Below are positions 1-13,381 of a DNA stretch of 64,000 bases, in pieces; position 1 is the stretch's first letter, and each line of letters begins with the position of its first letter. The stretch lies in assembly GCA_051047955.1 (NCBI GenBank), contig JBPGPT010000018.1:124001-188000 (forward strand), given 5' to 3'. The position numbers and the translations under genes are program-made. The notes under the pieces are model-generated. The model was not told where the DNA came from, did no database searches, and saw nothing but the letters and a program-made list of their open reading frames with translations. The DNA comes from Cystobasidiomycetes sp. EMM_F5. Its lineage: Eukaryota.

Positions 1-1
1 C

Positions 2-2335
2 TTCAAGCGAAAGGGGTCCACCTCGTCGACTTCCAGTAATTCTAGCGACCATAGGCGAAGCGGACTCGTTGGAAACTCGCGTAATATCCATAATCACGAA
101 CCTCTCTTAACGATTCCCGGGTCTCCTGCCATTACACAACCGCTTTATTCCCCAGCGACAAGCTCTGACGATGGAGACGCGAGGTCTAGTCGAAGTGACC
201 TAGGTCCATTCACTCCTGATGAAGCAATCCCGGGCCACCTCGTACTTCCTCAGACGCGTCCCATTCACTCTCCTTTGGCTTCGCCATCCATCTTGCCAGC
301 TTCTCCGGTTTCTCCAGGCTCGCCCCCAACAATGTCGCTAAAGGCGCCTCAGCCATTAAGTCCTGGGAGAATAGGGACCCTCAGTCCATCCAAGATCTGC
401 GAAGAATCGCGGAGTATCAGTCTCAGCAACGTACCTTCACGAAGCTCGACTCCAGGCCGGGATTTGCAGTCGCAAATTGATAAGGACAGTCCAGGACGAG
501 AGAAGGAGAAGTTGTTGACCAGCGTTTCCAGTCGCAAGGCGCTGCGCACAATGTTGGACGAGTGGGTAAAGTCGATTGTCAGATCTCCCGTCACAGCTAA
601 TTACGGTGCTTCAGCCCTGTTGGTCTGTGGAAGCTAGGCCAATTCTTGGCGTCGGAGATGAACGCGGAAACGCTCGTCTTCTGGTTAAATGTAAGCATGG
701 ATACTGCACCATTTCGGGGCGAACATGACGCTGATACGAGGATTTATACAGGCTGAACAGCACAGGAATGACCTTAAACGGTTATACGCTCTCACACAAA
801 AAATCCATTCCCTTCACATACCTTCACAAGCGCCAATGGCACTGAATATCACGTCGAATGAACGTGCAAGCATCGAGCGCGCAATTCGTTCATTTACCAA
901 AATCGATGACCCTTACAAGGTTGCCAGGGACGCAGCTTTTCAGGCTTTATATCACGACGCGTGGCCACGTTTCTTGCAATGGCGTCTCCAGCTGCTCCAC
1001 AATAAAAGCCAACGTTGTAATAGCGTCAGTATTATTTCACTCAACAATGTGAATCTTCCGGAGCTAACGAGTTCTCGTCTGCCCGTAGCAAAACCAAACC
1101 TCCTTTACCCTGGCAGATCCCAGCCGCGACAGGGATCAGCCTCTGCTACTAGTATCAGATGGTTTCCTTGACCTGACCGGATACAGTCGTCAAGATGTAT
1201 TGATGAGGAATTGCCGGTTTCTGCAAGGACCGGGTACATCCCCCGCTGTGATATCCCGCATACGTCAGGCCAGCAGCGATGGATCCGACATTACGGAGCT
1301 CCTTCTCAATTACCGAAAAGACGGTCTGCCGTTTTGGAGTCTGCTTCGCATCATCGTAAGTCTTGATATTGACTTTCGGTACACAGCAACCTTCAGCTAA
1401 CGTACTTAACGACCCGGCAGCCTTTGCGTAACGCTACAGGCCGCTTAAAGTACCTCCTGGGATGTCAAATCAACGTCACCAGTACACTTGCGGCTACAAA
1501 AGATTTAGCGAATTTACTCAGTGACGACTTGGATCCACTGGATATGCCACCGCGACCACTTTTTGAGGACGACCTTGTTGAGTCCCAGACAGTTCAGACC
1601 AATGAAGCCATGCGAGCGTACCTTACTTCGCTAGATAGCAAAGAAGCCGACCCATTGCATAAGAAGTCTGAAATCGAAAGACGCGATATCGTTGGCCGGA
1701 ACTCTTCAGTTGTGGGCAGTCCCGCTACTGGCTATTTAGATTCACCAGTGATGGGTCGCGGCAACGTGCCCAGTCCAGCCAGTCGCCCTCGATCCGCTAA
1801 TCGGGACATGCATGCAAATGCAGCTGCAGCGTTATTTGATGGATCCGCTGGTATGCAGACAAAAAGCTTTCAGTCGCCAACAGCAAATTTCGGAATGTCT
1901 TCCGCTGCCAGACCGCAAACGTCAGCCAGCTTGTTCGCAAGGCCGGGTACCGCGTATAGTATGGTTGACACGGAGGGCAAGGCGCAAGCACAGCATTCCC
2001 TGGCCGAACAGACACAAGCTTTGAACGATTCCTCGTCTCATTACCTTATTCTGGACAGCAATGTCAACGCAGTCCTATTCCACTCATCCAATCTGCCTGC
2101 AGTGATCCGTATTGGGGCGGATATTGCGAAGATAATCGGTGCTAAAACCGCCAAGCGCGTCAAGGAATCTATACTGGCAGGCGAGCGCACCGTCATCGAT
2201 GCCGTGTCCATGGACGTACCAAGTGATCAGGATCCCACAGGAATCTGGCGGCGAGGTGTTCAACTATCCCTCACACCGTTGAAGGACCAGATCAACGAGG
2301 TTGGAGCTGTCGTCGTTTTGATTTCAACCGACTAG
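2..2335 (+). CDS. RGS-LOV-PAS-like (DUF) blue-light photoreceptor, 5'-partial, spliced
   Basis: Frame open from nt 2. Introns at ~562-615, 691-751, 1025-1088 and 1356-1420 join an RGS domain (LDDPVGLWKLGQFLASEMNAETLVFWLN...DAWPRFL), a LOV domain (FTLADP...SDGFLDLTGYSRQDVLMRNCRFLQG...NYRKDGLPFW...YLLGCQ) and a C-terminal PAS-like region (HYLIL...LTPLKDQINEVGAVVVL). Stop at 2333-2335. Confidence 0.9.
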
Positions 2336-2663
2336 CAGAGTACTGCACGGAATTTTTTTTCGGGATCAGACTCACATCGAAGATTGTAGGAATTTCGAGG
2401 TGGCTTGCTTATTTAGGCATCGTTTTCTAGAGGTTACCGTGCAAAGTAGTTCTCGGGCGGTACTACGCAGTATCTTTGTTTGAAATAGCCGTACATTGTT
2501 GTTGTCATCTGTTCCTACAGGGAAATGGACATTGTGATGCAAATTGTTTTGACAACGACATGGCTCCGCTGCTTCTGCACTTCACTTAGTTCTCTTCATA
2601 TTCTCCCCTATGCTACTTCCGTTATATTCCTGCTGAAGCGTGATAACTTGCAGGCTTTCATAT

Positions 2664-5600
2664 TCAGTCGTCATATTCATTTCCATAGTCCCCTTCACCA
2701 TCGTCGCCAGAATCGTAACTCCGCGCACTCCCGCGACCTTTCCCGCGACCTCTGCCGCGAGTACCACGACCGCGTGATCTACCTGTAGAGCTTTTCCTAG
2801 AGCTGTAGTTACCTCGTGCCCGCTTGCTGCCGCGTCCACGATAGGTTTGGCCGCCATTGTCAGCATTGGAACAACTGGAAGCCATGTGGCTGCATTGGGA
2901 TGAACGAATTTAGATGTCACCTGCAGCATGGGATGGTTGGTAGCATACCCTTCTTGTCCGCAGCGATAGCATGTGTACACGCTAGAGGTTGTGGCAGACC
3001 CTGAGGCTCCGCCACCCTTGCTTGGACACGCCGAAGCCCAATGATCGTTACTGCCACACTACAGGCCGGCCTTGTGTCAGCATGACCTGTAAGACTGTGT
3101 AAAATATCCCAAAGCTCACAGTAAAACAGCCGGAATCGTTGCCATCACCTCGGGCACTTCGTGCATTATTGGAGCCAGCCCCATTTCCACCTCGTCCAGC
3201 TGCACTGGTGCCTGCCTCGTCTGCCCACATGAAGCTGTCGATAGTCACTGAGTATATGGAAAGGTCTTCGTGTTAAAAGAGAACGTACAAGTCGCACCGC
3301 ACGGACTGGCTGACTTTAGAGCACGTAAAGAAAGCGCGGCCGGTATTTGGCTTGCATGATCATGTACTCAGTCTCTCCTGCAGAACCAGCGCTGTACATC
3401 GCACTCACTGCCTTCTGCGTGACTCGCGAAGCTGCCATCAAGTCGCATTTACATCTTGGAGTATCGGCTGGATCAGCGTGCTCCATCTGCATGGTGATTT
3501 AGCCTTAGCGTGCGAGATTTATATACTGCTTACTGCTTCTGCAGCCGTGCGTTTCCGCGGTACAGGTCGACTCGCGGGAGCTGCAGGGCCATTGTCATCG
3601 CACCACTCGAAAAAATTGCAATTTCCGTCATTAAAGGGTTTCGGGCAACTCCAGAAGACCCGGCCGAAGTTTGCGCCCTCTTTCCGCGTCGTTTTCTGCA
3701 CTGCGGCTTCTCCGCAACCGCATTGAGGACCATTACTGTTAGCGTGAGTATCTGGAAGGTACTCCATTGATCAGGGTCGTTCGTAGAGATGGTCTACTCA
3801 CTCACTGCGCACAGCGCCGCCTGCCCTCGGCGGACCGCGATTGTCGTCTCCGTTGTTATCGTCATCGTCGGACGGTGGTCGTGGAGCGCGATTAGGTGGT
3901 CTAGGCGGCACGCCACGACCGCGGTTCGCATGCGTACCTCTGCCTGGCGGAGCACCTCTCCCTGCTTGCGCATTGCCACGGCCTCTACCCCTCCCTCGTC
4001 CTTGACCTCCAGCAGGAGGTCCGTTGTTGTTGTCGTCATCTCCTTGATAGCCATCATCGAAGGCATCGTCGTCGTTGTCACCGTTGTTACCTTGAACATG
4101 CGGAAAGGCACCTTCATCGCCGTTGCCTTCGATAAATTGGCGGACCGTCTATGTGAGCCGTTAGCTTGTTTGCATAGAACAGTGAACTTTCGCTTCATCT
4201 CACCTCAATCAGGGTCTGCAGATTCTGTCTAGTTTTCAAAAACAATTCCCGGTACTCATCGCAACTTTGCTGCAACACATCATTCTTGGTCGTCTGGCCC
4301 GCACATATCGCCGCCATACGCTGCTCCGTCTGAAATTTCGCAATTTTAGTCTCCACTATATGGAATGCATTCAATTGTGATTGCTTACCTCTGCCCGCAA
4401 ATGCGGCTTGGATAGAGACTTATCAAAGCCAATTCGATTGTAACCTTCTACCAGCCCGATCCCGAGGGTTGAGGGGACCAGATAATCGATGCGACCTTCC
4501 CTTTGTCGCATCACATACTCCCGCTCGATGATTTTCGAAATATGTTCGGCTATTGTCGCATCAGTGCCTGCGGAACAAAAGCAAAGCATTTAGAGCATGT
4601 ACATAATCTAGTGCAGGGAGCTCACCAATCCCGTTCTTGTCCATGAGCCCAACGAGATCGGCTTCAGTAAGCAAGTTAGGGCTGGTCGTTGAACCTTCCT
4701 TCAGTTCGCAAACGGTCGGCATGAAACGCTCGCCATTCTGGAAGTTTGGCAGTTGTTGCCCATTCCATTTATCATACGGGTAGACTTCCAGATAATTTCG
4801 CTGAAGCACGATAAGGCCTTCGAGTCTCGCAGTCAGTGTTCCGTCAGAAAGCCGTAGTCTATTCAAATCAGGCTCACCTTTGGCTGTAAATCTCTCCCCA
4901 GCGACATCGGCTTCTACTACTGTCTCAGCTCCCGTCGCATTGCGAGAGCAATTGGCGAGGAAGCGTCGAACGATGAATTCATATACACGCTTATCATCAC
5001 CCTGCAGGTTACCTGCATAGTTGACAGGATGTATTGGAGGATGCGCTTGATCGTTTTTCCTGCCATTCCGCGGAGATTCGAAACCTCCATTACTCAGCAT
5101 TGTTGCGAATTGGCCCCACGAGGGAGACTCTTTTTGTCGGTCAATGAGCTCCTGAAAGTTGAATGCTCGATCATACTGATCCGTCTCGGTACGAGGATAG
5201 CTGACGAAACCTTTCTGGTACAGGCCTTCTGCAATCTCCAGAACTCGCTTCGGCGGGAGACGAAGAAGTCGAGAGCCGCCCTTTTGCAGCTCAACAGTCG
5301 TCAGCGGTAGCGGTTTCCTTCATGGGTGATTAGTCTACAGCGCATATTGCTCCCACATTAGAGAAAGCTTACCATTTTTGGGTGGGTTTATTGGTCACTG
5401 ACGTCACGGTGGCCTCAGGGGCTTCGACGCACTGCTCAAAGAGCACAAAGGCAGCTGCGTAATCGAACAAACGATGCCGCTGCCAGTTGAAAGCCACTTT
5501 GTGGTCGTCTCGCTCGAGCGCGACATGTATATACCAGAATGGCTCCGGCCGAAAATTCTGAACCTCATTATATCGCTCGACGACGAAGCCCAGAGTTGGA

Positions 5601-6547
5601 AATTGGCAGGATCCTGCTCAGGTAACGTAAGATGGAGTCTCGACCGCGGGTATAACGATGCTCACCATAACTGACTACACCTTCTATCGTCCCTGCAAAT
5701 GCACCTTGAAGTGTTACTGTCTGCAGTCTTGTCAGAGCAGCGCCGATGCGTAGGTCCAGCTCGATCCTTGTTTCGACTGCTGCGGCCTGATTCATGTCGA
5801 GCGCGACAGTATTACGCGCAGCATTGTGTATTTGCCTGTTGGAACCGTCAGGAGATGCACTTTGCAAACACATGATGCTGCTGGCGCACGCTGGTATCAG
5901 AGCACTAAAACGTGCACGAGTTATCCGAATGTTTGGCTTGACCTTGCGGCAAACGCTGACGATTTCCGAGCCTATATGCTCGCCTTCTCTGTCACAGTCC
6001 GTCCATATCATGAGTTCTGTTGCTGACCGAGCCTCTTGCTGTAGATTTCGCTCGACTCCCTTCATGTTCTGTTTGACAAAGATGGGCGGTAACGTGTTAG
6101 CATGGCTTTGAGGACGAGTACAATGTTTACTGCACGAACATCAGCTACAAAGTGACTGATAGGAGCATCGAAAAGGGCAAATGGATCGCATGAGTGCCAT
6201 TTCCGGTGTTGTTCTGTAAAGTCGGAGCTCTTCAGATGTCCGGCGACAGATGTGACGGTGAAGTCAGTGTATGCCCCGTTCCCATGCAGACGATAGCTGA
6301 AGTCCCAGTTGGATATGTAGGTGGCCTGGGTGCCGCGCTACAGGCGGCATATGGACCTGTCTGCATCAGCTCAAGAACGTCACGGCAGAACATGGGAGCA
6401 TCTTCACCCTAGTGACGTTTCCCTGACCGAGAATCTGGGCTACAGCTTTTGCTACAGATGGCTTCTCTGCCACGGCGAGCCTGTGGTAGTCTCATCATCA
6501 GCCGGGCTTTGCTTGTTTCGACACGGCTTCCAGCCTTACACCTTCAT
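2664..6547 (-). CDS. TOP3: DNA topoisomerase III (type IA) with RGG-rich linker, 2 GRF zinc fingers and 2 CCHC knuckles; multi-exon
   Basis: Spliced N-terminus MKVLAVAEKPSVAK; Toprim WTDCDREGEHIG; catalytic SYPRTET; DQAHPPIHP; LTEADL..MDKNGIGTDATIAEHI. GRF motif CGCG...GRVFWSC...CNFFEW; knuckles CFTCGSNDHWASAC and CYRCGQEGHMASSC. Confidence 0.95.
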
Positions 6548-6720
6548 GTTGGCGTATCATTTGTCGTCTTAGGCTGCTGTATTGTATCGTGCGGCTACTT
6601 CATGTCAGCCCTAACTTCTTCTTGTCCGCTGGTTGGAGCAGAAGAAAGCCATGACGGCGTTGTTGACGTCGAGTCCTGACGTTCGAAGCGCCACTCTGCG
6701 CGCTGGGACCTGAGACAAAA

Positions 6721-6750
6721 GCGCGTAGATATTGGCAACGCGACGCGATA
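6721..6750. promoter_or_regulatory. Cluster of CGCG (MCB-like) motifs upstream of TOP3
   Basis: gcgcgt...acgcgacgcga about 180 nt upstream of the TOP3 ATG. Function is inferred only. Confidence 0.3.
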
Positions 6751-6802
6751 CAGCCGAGACGTGACAAAGACGAGTATGCGGATACTATGCTACACGCTGA
6801 GA

Positions 6803-8372
6803 CTACGCTTGGCCGCTCAAACAGCCAGCTTGTTCTGACAAGTTTCGAGGCCGCCTACGGAGAGTATAGACAAAGACTAGCATGCCTTCAACGTTCACTG
6901 GCTGTTAGCAAAGTCGTTTCAGTCATTCACTTTTTCCATGTTTCGCTAGGTTCAAGAGCTCACCCGCTTGAATAAGACCTCCCACATATTCCCCTTGCCG
7001 GATATGGCTGCGAGAAAAGTCTTCTCCCGCCATAGCATGAAAACACCAATGCCTCCGTCTACGATTGCATGTCCCAGGGTCTCCAGAAGGAGCGGATACA
7101 ATTTAACGACAGCCCTCGTACTCAGCTCGCGCTGACCCCAAGGCAAATCAGTAATCACACCGTCTAGGCAGCCCTGACGCAGTCCTCCGGACACGCCGCG
7201 ACCATGCCCGTCCCAAAATATCGGCGCGTCTACTCCGCGTAGCCCACGAGACATGTCGACATTGCCTAATTTCGAGTTGACAAGGCCATGAGCCAGTGAC
7301 GGAAGTTCGTTATCTGCGGCGACAGGGACCAGATACCTGTTGAATCGCTCGGCAATCGCAGCCAGCTCTATCGGTATGCTTCCAGTACCACTGCAAGGAT
7401 CCATAATGACAGCAGGAACCTTTGAGGAGATTAGTGGGTGGAGCAGACATAAAGCGTAAGCGCGAGCGGCAAGAAGGGGTGTGCGGCCGCCAGAAGACCT
7501 GTTTGCGCGATGCTGCGGAAGCTGATGCGGCGGGGACAATTGGATACCGGCAATGAAATGCCACTTCTCATCATCGATATGCCAGAACAGTTCGCCTACT
7601 ACCTGATGTGGTATGATCAGTCTTGTAATACTGTATGGTCCATCGGCAATTACCTTACATCCAATTCAGGCTTGCTTAGATCGACGTCAATATCAGGCAT
7701 GCCAGCCAGTTCCAATACAAGGCTGCCAGTACACTCGCCCAATATCCGTGACACGTCTTGATTGCGGTAGGTTGGGAAAATGAATTCGCGTCGTTCGAAA
7801 TGAAACGCGAAGCTCTGCGGGGCGAGGTCCGATAGCGACTCCATCGCTTTTCGATTACGACACGGCAAATGCCACCAGAGATTGAGAACCTCTCGTATGC
7901 GTGGCTTATCCTGTTTAAGCAAGGCCACAAACTTCGCCATCAGAATGCCTTCGGAGGGTGTTGTAGATGGGTCTCCATCGGAGAACGGGGCCGTATGCGG
8001 ACGCAAATCGTTCTTGGGCTGCTTGGATGCATCATCGAGGGACTTTGCCTTATTTCTGCTCTTCTTGCTGGGCAATGACCTCCGTTCTCGTTCGATGTCA
8101 TTGCACAATTCCTTGCCCAGCTTGTAATTATCCTCGACCAGCGCAATCATGCAGCGCGTAACACACCAGAGCTCTCCCGAGTCGTATACTTGCACAAGGC
8201 GGCGCAGGTCTGACGGATTGGCGACCTTTACAAACACAAAGCCAGAGTCGACCGGACATCGCAGCGTCAGTGTGGAGCGGTGAATTGGCAGGAATCGCAG
8301 AATATCGGCCATGCAGACATCCTCAAAGCCTCGTGGAACGCCAAAGATGACTGTCGGGATGCACTCCGACAT
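6803..8372 (-). CDS. THUMP-type / UPF0020 SAM-dependent RNA methyltransferase (THUMPD3/Trm14-like)
   Basis: N-terminal VPRGFE; DVDLSKPE; motif I DPCSGTGSIPIE; motif IV VITDLPWG. Last exon after a gtgagc..ctaacag intron ends PVNVEG...GQA* at 6803. Confidence 0.75.
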
Positions 8373-8510
8373 GTTTCGTTTCAATCGCAGACGCCATTTG
8401 ACGGGACAACAACAAGGAATACTGTAAAAGTAACTCGATAGACAACTATCTACACGCACTTGTTTTACGACCACCACTCATTATCATGCACTGTGTTATT
8501 CAGTCTTAAT

Positions 8511-11500
8511 CTACAAGCGCCACGGAATGGGCGCAGACTTATTGCGGGGTTGTGATGTGCCAGCAGACGGTCGAGGATCGTTACTAGATTTCGTCAGGAG
8601 TGTCGTCAAATCGAAGGCTGAAGATGTTTGCGATACACTTCTGGGAGTTGCGGGAGTAGAGCTAGCCAAAATCCCATTCTGCGAAGCCGCTATCAGAGAT
8701 AAGCCATGCTGCGACTGGCTTTGTCGCAATCTTGAAGCCGACAACCAGGTCGTTGGTGATGTGTGGGTCTTATGCTCCATGGTGGGTGACGACAGACCAT
8801 CAGACGTAGAGCTGAATAAGTGATCAAAGTGGGTTGCCAAGAAGCTTCCTAACTCCTCCCATCCTCCTCCTACCCTCAGCATGACCGTCCGCGATCGCAA
8901 TATGCGAGCAAAGTAGAGCTTGGGTTCAGGCGAACCAATATAGTACTTTCCCGAGGTATCCTGCCAGTCGTCTGCTGCCCTGATACTGACAGGCACCTGC
9001 GGGACACAATATCGGATCAGAAAATGTGTGAGTATGGCAGCATCTAAGCTGAGCGTACCTGTAGCTCATTCACAATACGTTCGACAGCGATGTCGAGCTT
9101 ACGTCTTGGATTTGCTTTGTATTTGTTGGGTCTGCTTGGAGTAAGATTATTCACGATGCCGCTCATTCTCCTTGTGGAAGAGCGCCTTGGACTCGGTGTG
9201 GCACCGGCGGAATAGCTCCCCGGCGGTACTGGCGATCGACGTGAAGACGGAATTGTAGGGGATGAATGGACAATTACTCCTCTTGGCCGTCTGGGCGTAA
9301 GAAAAGGTTTCATACTCTTTGCAGGGGTTGTGTTGAGCTGTATCTGCGGAGAAGAGATAACGATGCCTGAACTCGTAGGTACTCTGGGTATCTTGAAATC
9401 GCCGACACTGATAGCTGCACTTCGGCGCTGTGTCGTCTGCATTGGCGGCTTGTTCTGATTGACATGCATTCGCCTGCCTTCTGACGCCACTCTGCGAATA
9501 GCTGAAGACGATGCTCGTGTAGAAAACGACGTAACAGACGATGTCTCGCCCTCGCCTGAAGCCGCTGCTTTGACGTCTCTGAATGCTCGATTCAAACGAT
9601 CCAAACGCATGACGACGCGAGAGTCGTCTGAGAAAGGCTGTGCAGCCTCTTGTGCATGCCGTATGTCGTGTTCAGCCATAATCAGTTGTTCATCAGCGCG
9701 CATTCGATCGACATCATCCATTGCGTCTAGCAGCAAGCTTGTGGATTTTTCAGCTTTGAGGGCCGCTGCTGTAAAATCCGCAAGCCGCTGCATGCGGCTA
9801 TTATCAGCTACCGTGCTGTCCAGAAGTCGCTGCAGGGTGGATCTAGCCTCTTCTGTTGCGGTCGTCAGGCTGTCGTCCAGCTTAGCTTGCAAAGCTGTGC
9901 ATATATCCTGCCTGTCTTGCCAATCCTCGATGGTGGGAAGCTTGAGTTGTGAAGAGGTTGCTGCCGGTAGGCTCGTTATTGCCTTTGCAATATCGCGTAC
10001 AATATCTTCGGTGTAGCTTCTTGCTGCTGGACATTTATCATCGGTGGCTGTGAAGGGGTCCGTGCGCGTATCGACCATCTGGTGAGCAAGACTGCCGGCC
10101 GTATGCGTCTGATCCAATGCTACTGTCGCATCGGTATGAGCCCCGCTAGACTCGCTCCGAGGATCTATGACGGAAGTTTGGGTCTTTGCGGGCCTCGGCG
10201 TGTCTTCAGAGCGAGATACCTTGTTCTTGGGAGAGAGGGGAGATATTTGAGGCACTGAGACTAATTGTGTCGTTTGCTCATCCGATCTAGTAGTATCCTC
10301 ATCATGGATGATTGGCGACGAAGGAAGCGGTATCGCTTGACACCGAGCGGTTTGCAGACGAAGCTGCAAAACTGCAGAGAGCTTGGATAAAGAGACGGTC
10401 ACACTGGCATGGAGATGTCTCTGACGATTGTCTGGCAACTCAGGAAGCTCCGGAATATTTTTTGATAATCCGGCGATTTCGCTGATATGATTTAAAACAA
10501 GCTCCAGGCTTCCGGAGGAATCACCATGCGGAATTCCGAGGTCAGCTAAGTCGTCCCAAATTCGTGTTATCTGATTCTGTAGAGAAAGAAGGCGTTCTTC
10601 GAGAGTGAGGGCCTTCTCTTTGTTGGAAATTTGCTTATCAGTTCTGTCCAATTGCGTTGCGAGATGGACAGATAAGCTGTTCAGGTGGTTCTTGACACGC
10701 CGATTCAGGTCCACACTCCAGGCCTTTAGTGAATCTTCTGGGGCGAGATCCCAAAGTGTTTGCTCTGAAAGTCTCAGATCAAATTCTGCAACTTCGGCGC
10801 GTAGTTGCTGTAGTTTGTGCGCACAGTCATTGATGTTGTTCCTGCTAAGATCCGATGCTGAAATGTGACGCATTATCAGTCACAAAGAATGTCACCAGTA
10901 TTGGGATTGACGGGTTCTTACAGCTGGACCATTCCAATACCTCCAGTAATTGCCCGCGCAATAATATGGACCTTCTTTCAATTGCTTGCACTGTTGAGGA
11001 CTGCATCTGCACAGCTGAGAGTATGGCGTGAGCCTGTTGCATATGACAATCTTGATCTGATAATTCCGTCAAGAGGCATTGTAGTTGAGACTTGACTGAG
11101 CGAGCTGTCGCCTCGCCATACGCTTGTACGAGGTGTGATGTCAGGGCATCGTACTCTGCGCGGGCAGTAGCATGAAGGTCCCGATAAGCCTCCTCGCTGA
11201 TGACTTCCTCCTCTTCGGATCTGGAAGAAGACCACGCTACGCGTTTTGCCACATCACGGATGTTATGGCACCTGATTTCGGCTGCGTGAACCAGCTTCTG
11301 ACACCCATCTCGCCATTTGAGCAGTTGCCGAAGTATTTGTAGACGGCTCTCTAGCTTTTGGTACGTGCCTGCAGCAGATCGTGACGCTGTTGTTACTGCC
11401 ACAATACATTCATGGAGTCCGAAACGCAAATTCGGATCCACACCGTTGTTCTGCAACTTCGACAAGATTTGGGCAGCTTCCGGCAGTGCTTTTGTCTGCG

Positions 11501-12913
11501 CAGAATCGCATAGCTGTCTGCAATGGAGTACTTGGTGTGATATGGCGTCGCAGTCCTCTGCTATATAGTTGTCGAGAGCGATCACAGGTATAGACTGCTG
11601 GGCTGATCGCAGCTGATCTAACAGCGAGCTGAGCTCCGCTTTACACGCCGACGCTTCGACGATAGCCGTTGCAGCATCTCGATATGCTGCAATTTGTGTT
11701 GTTGCCGTTGACAATGCATTTTGCTGCATGTACGCAATTTTGGCGCCGAACAATTCGTTAAGCTTCTTGTTCTTGTCATCCTGTGCCGCAATAGATGGGT
11801 GGTGTGGTTGTTCGATAGTCTTCATGCTACTCGCTGCCTGCGATATACTTTCGGAACATTCAGACAGTTGATCTTCAAACATGGTAGCGACCTCTGGCGT
11901 TGGTGACTTCAAGACGGCTGTCGCGACTTCTCTGAGCAGTGATGCCAGCTCAGCCTCCTGGGTAATGAGAGTATTCCAGATTTCTTCCGCTTGCCGCCAT
12001 TGTCTAAGCATGCTTTGCGCAAAGTCCGCAAGTCCGACCGTACCGTCTTGAATGCGTTTTTCTAAACTATCCTGCTGGTCGAGGAATCTGTCCGGAAGGG
12101 ATTTGCTGGCAACATCTATCATAGTGTCAAGTATGCGACCAGACGCAGGAAGGAGAGAAGTTTGTAGGCTGCGCAAGCGAGAGAGTAGCGCAGATAGATC
12201 CAAAGACAGAACCTCTGCGCGCATTTTCCTGGCCATGGCCGTCGCTGCCGGACGCTCGTAGTCTGTCTCGACGCCATGCTGGGTCAACAGCGAAGAACCA
12301 CTCTGGATGTCCTCTGAAGGTGCCCACCGCGCTTTCTTCAGATAACGCGGTAACATTACTTCAATGATAGTGCGGTATTCTGTCTCTACTTGCCGACGTT
12401 GCGAGTTCCATCTGTATATTCCTTCACTTCAGCGGATATTTCTCAGTTTTAAGCGCACTGTGAACTGACTTGATCCGAGCAGACAGCAGCTTTAGCTCGT
12501 TGTTTCGCTGTCGCATTAGATGTAGCAGCTTGTCGAGCGCAGACAGCGCACCTAGCGTGACCTCTAGTACATCGGTATCTTCAGAAGACAAGTTCTTTTG
12601 GGTTTGGGTAGCAGCTGTTGGCGCAAGGAGGTGAGAATATACTACGACGAGGTCTAAAGAACCTTGCGTCACCTTTAGCCATATTGCGGAGATGATGCAG
12701 CTCGGTTTGGTCCAATCTTTGGGTTTCATTATCGATTTCATGGAGCTCGCTCCACGCGGACTCGAGCACACATTCATTGCACTCGTCATCCAGCTCTGCG
12801 CCATCGATAGCTGGCAGGATATGCGATTCTAGTCGTAAAATGGACGCCTCCAACCATTCCTGCTTTTCGACAAACAACCCATGTCGACCATTCAGTGAAA
12901 GGCCTAGCGCCAT
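8511..12913 (-). CDS. Large helical (possibly spectrin-like) protein with C-terminal GAS2/GAR microtubule-binding domain
   Basis: C-terminal YKANPRRKLDIAV...GKYYIG...KLYFARILRSRTVMLRVGGGWEEL is a GAR signature. Long helical ORFs are joined by canonical introns. Start codon uncertain. Confidence 0.8.
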
Positions 12914-13381
12914 GATTCAGCGTCGCCAGCACGGCTCCAGCCCAACGACCAAACGTATACCATCTAGAAGAACGACCACGAATGGCGATGTGGTTCTGGC
13001 TGCTTATCGTCAAACGCCGTTGCGTTCAAGCCATGCAGTACTTCTGCGAAAACGTAGCAAGCAAAATCATGGCATGCTAGTAGCCAGCATTACGTATGTA
13101 CTCAGCGTATTCAGCAATGTGCATTAATTGCTGGCATTCACAGCATGAATCGGGCTTGGATCAAAACTAAGCGGTCATACCATAGCTATACATGGCGGTG
13201 GTCTAGTTTGTGGCTACCATCCTGCTCTTCTCATTCGAAGTTGTCGCAGCTTTACTAGCCTCGCACTTCTCTGCTGACTTGCCCTCGAACATTCCTTTCC
13301 CGATAGGTGACTCGCCTTCACATTGAGGGCATGTCATCTTCTAGCATATTGACTCCACGTGAAGGGCATGTCATATTATAG

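Noticed and set aside
10845..10925. Apparent frameshift between the 503-aa and 609-aa ORFs
   Set aside because: Explained by a canonical gtaaga...ctgat...cag intron in the GAS2-domain gene.
13325..13375. agggcatgtcat repeated twice in an intergenic region
   Set aside because: Too short and isolated; no TIR/TSD structure or transposase nearby.
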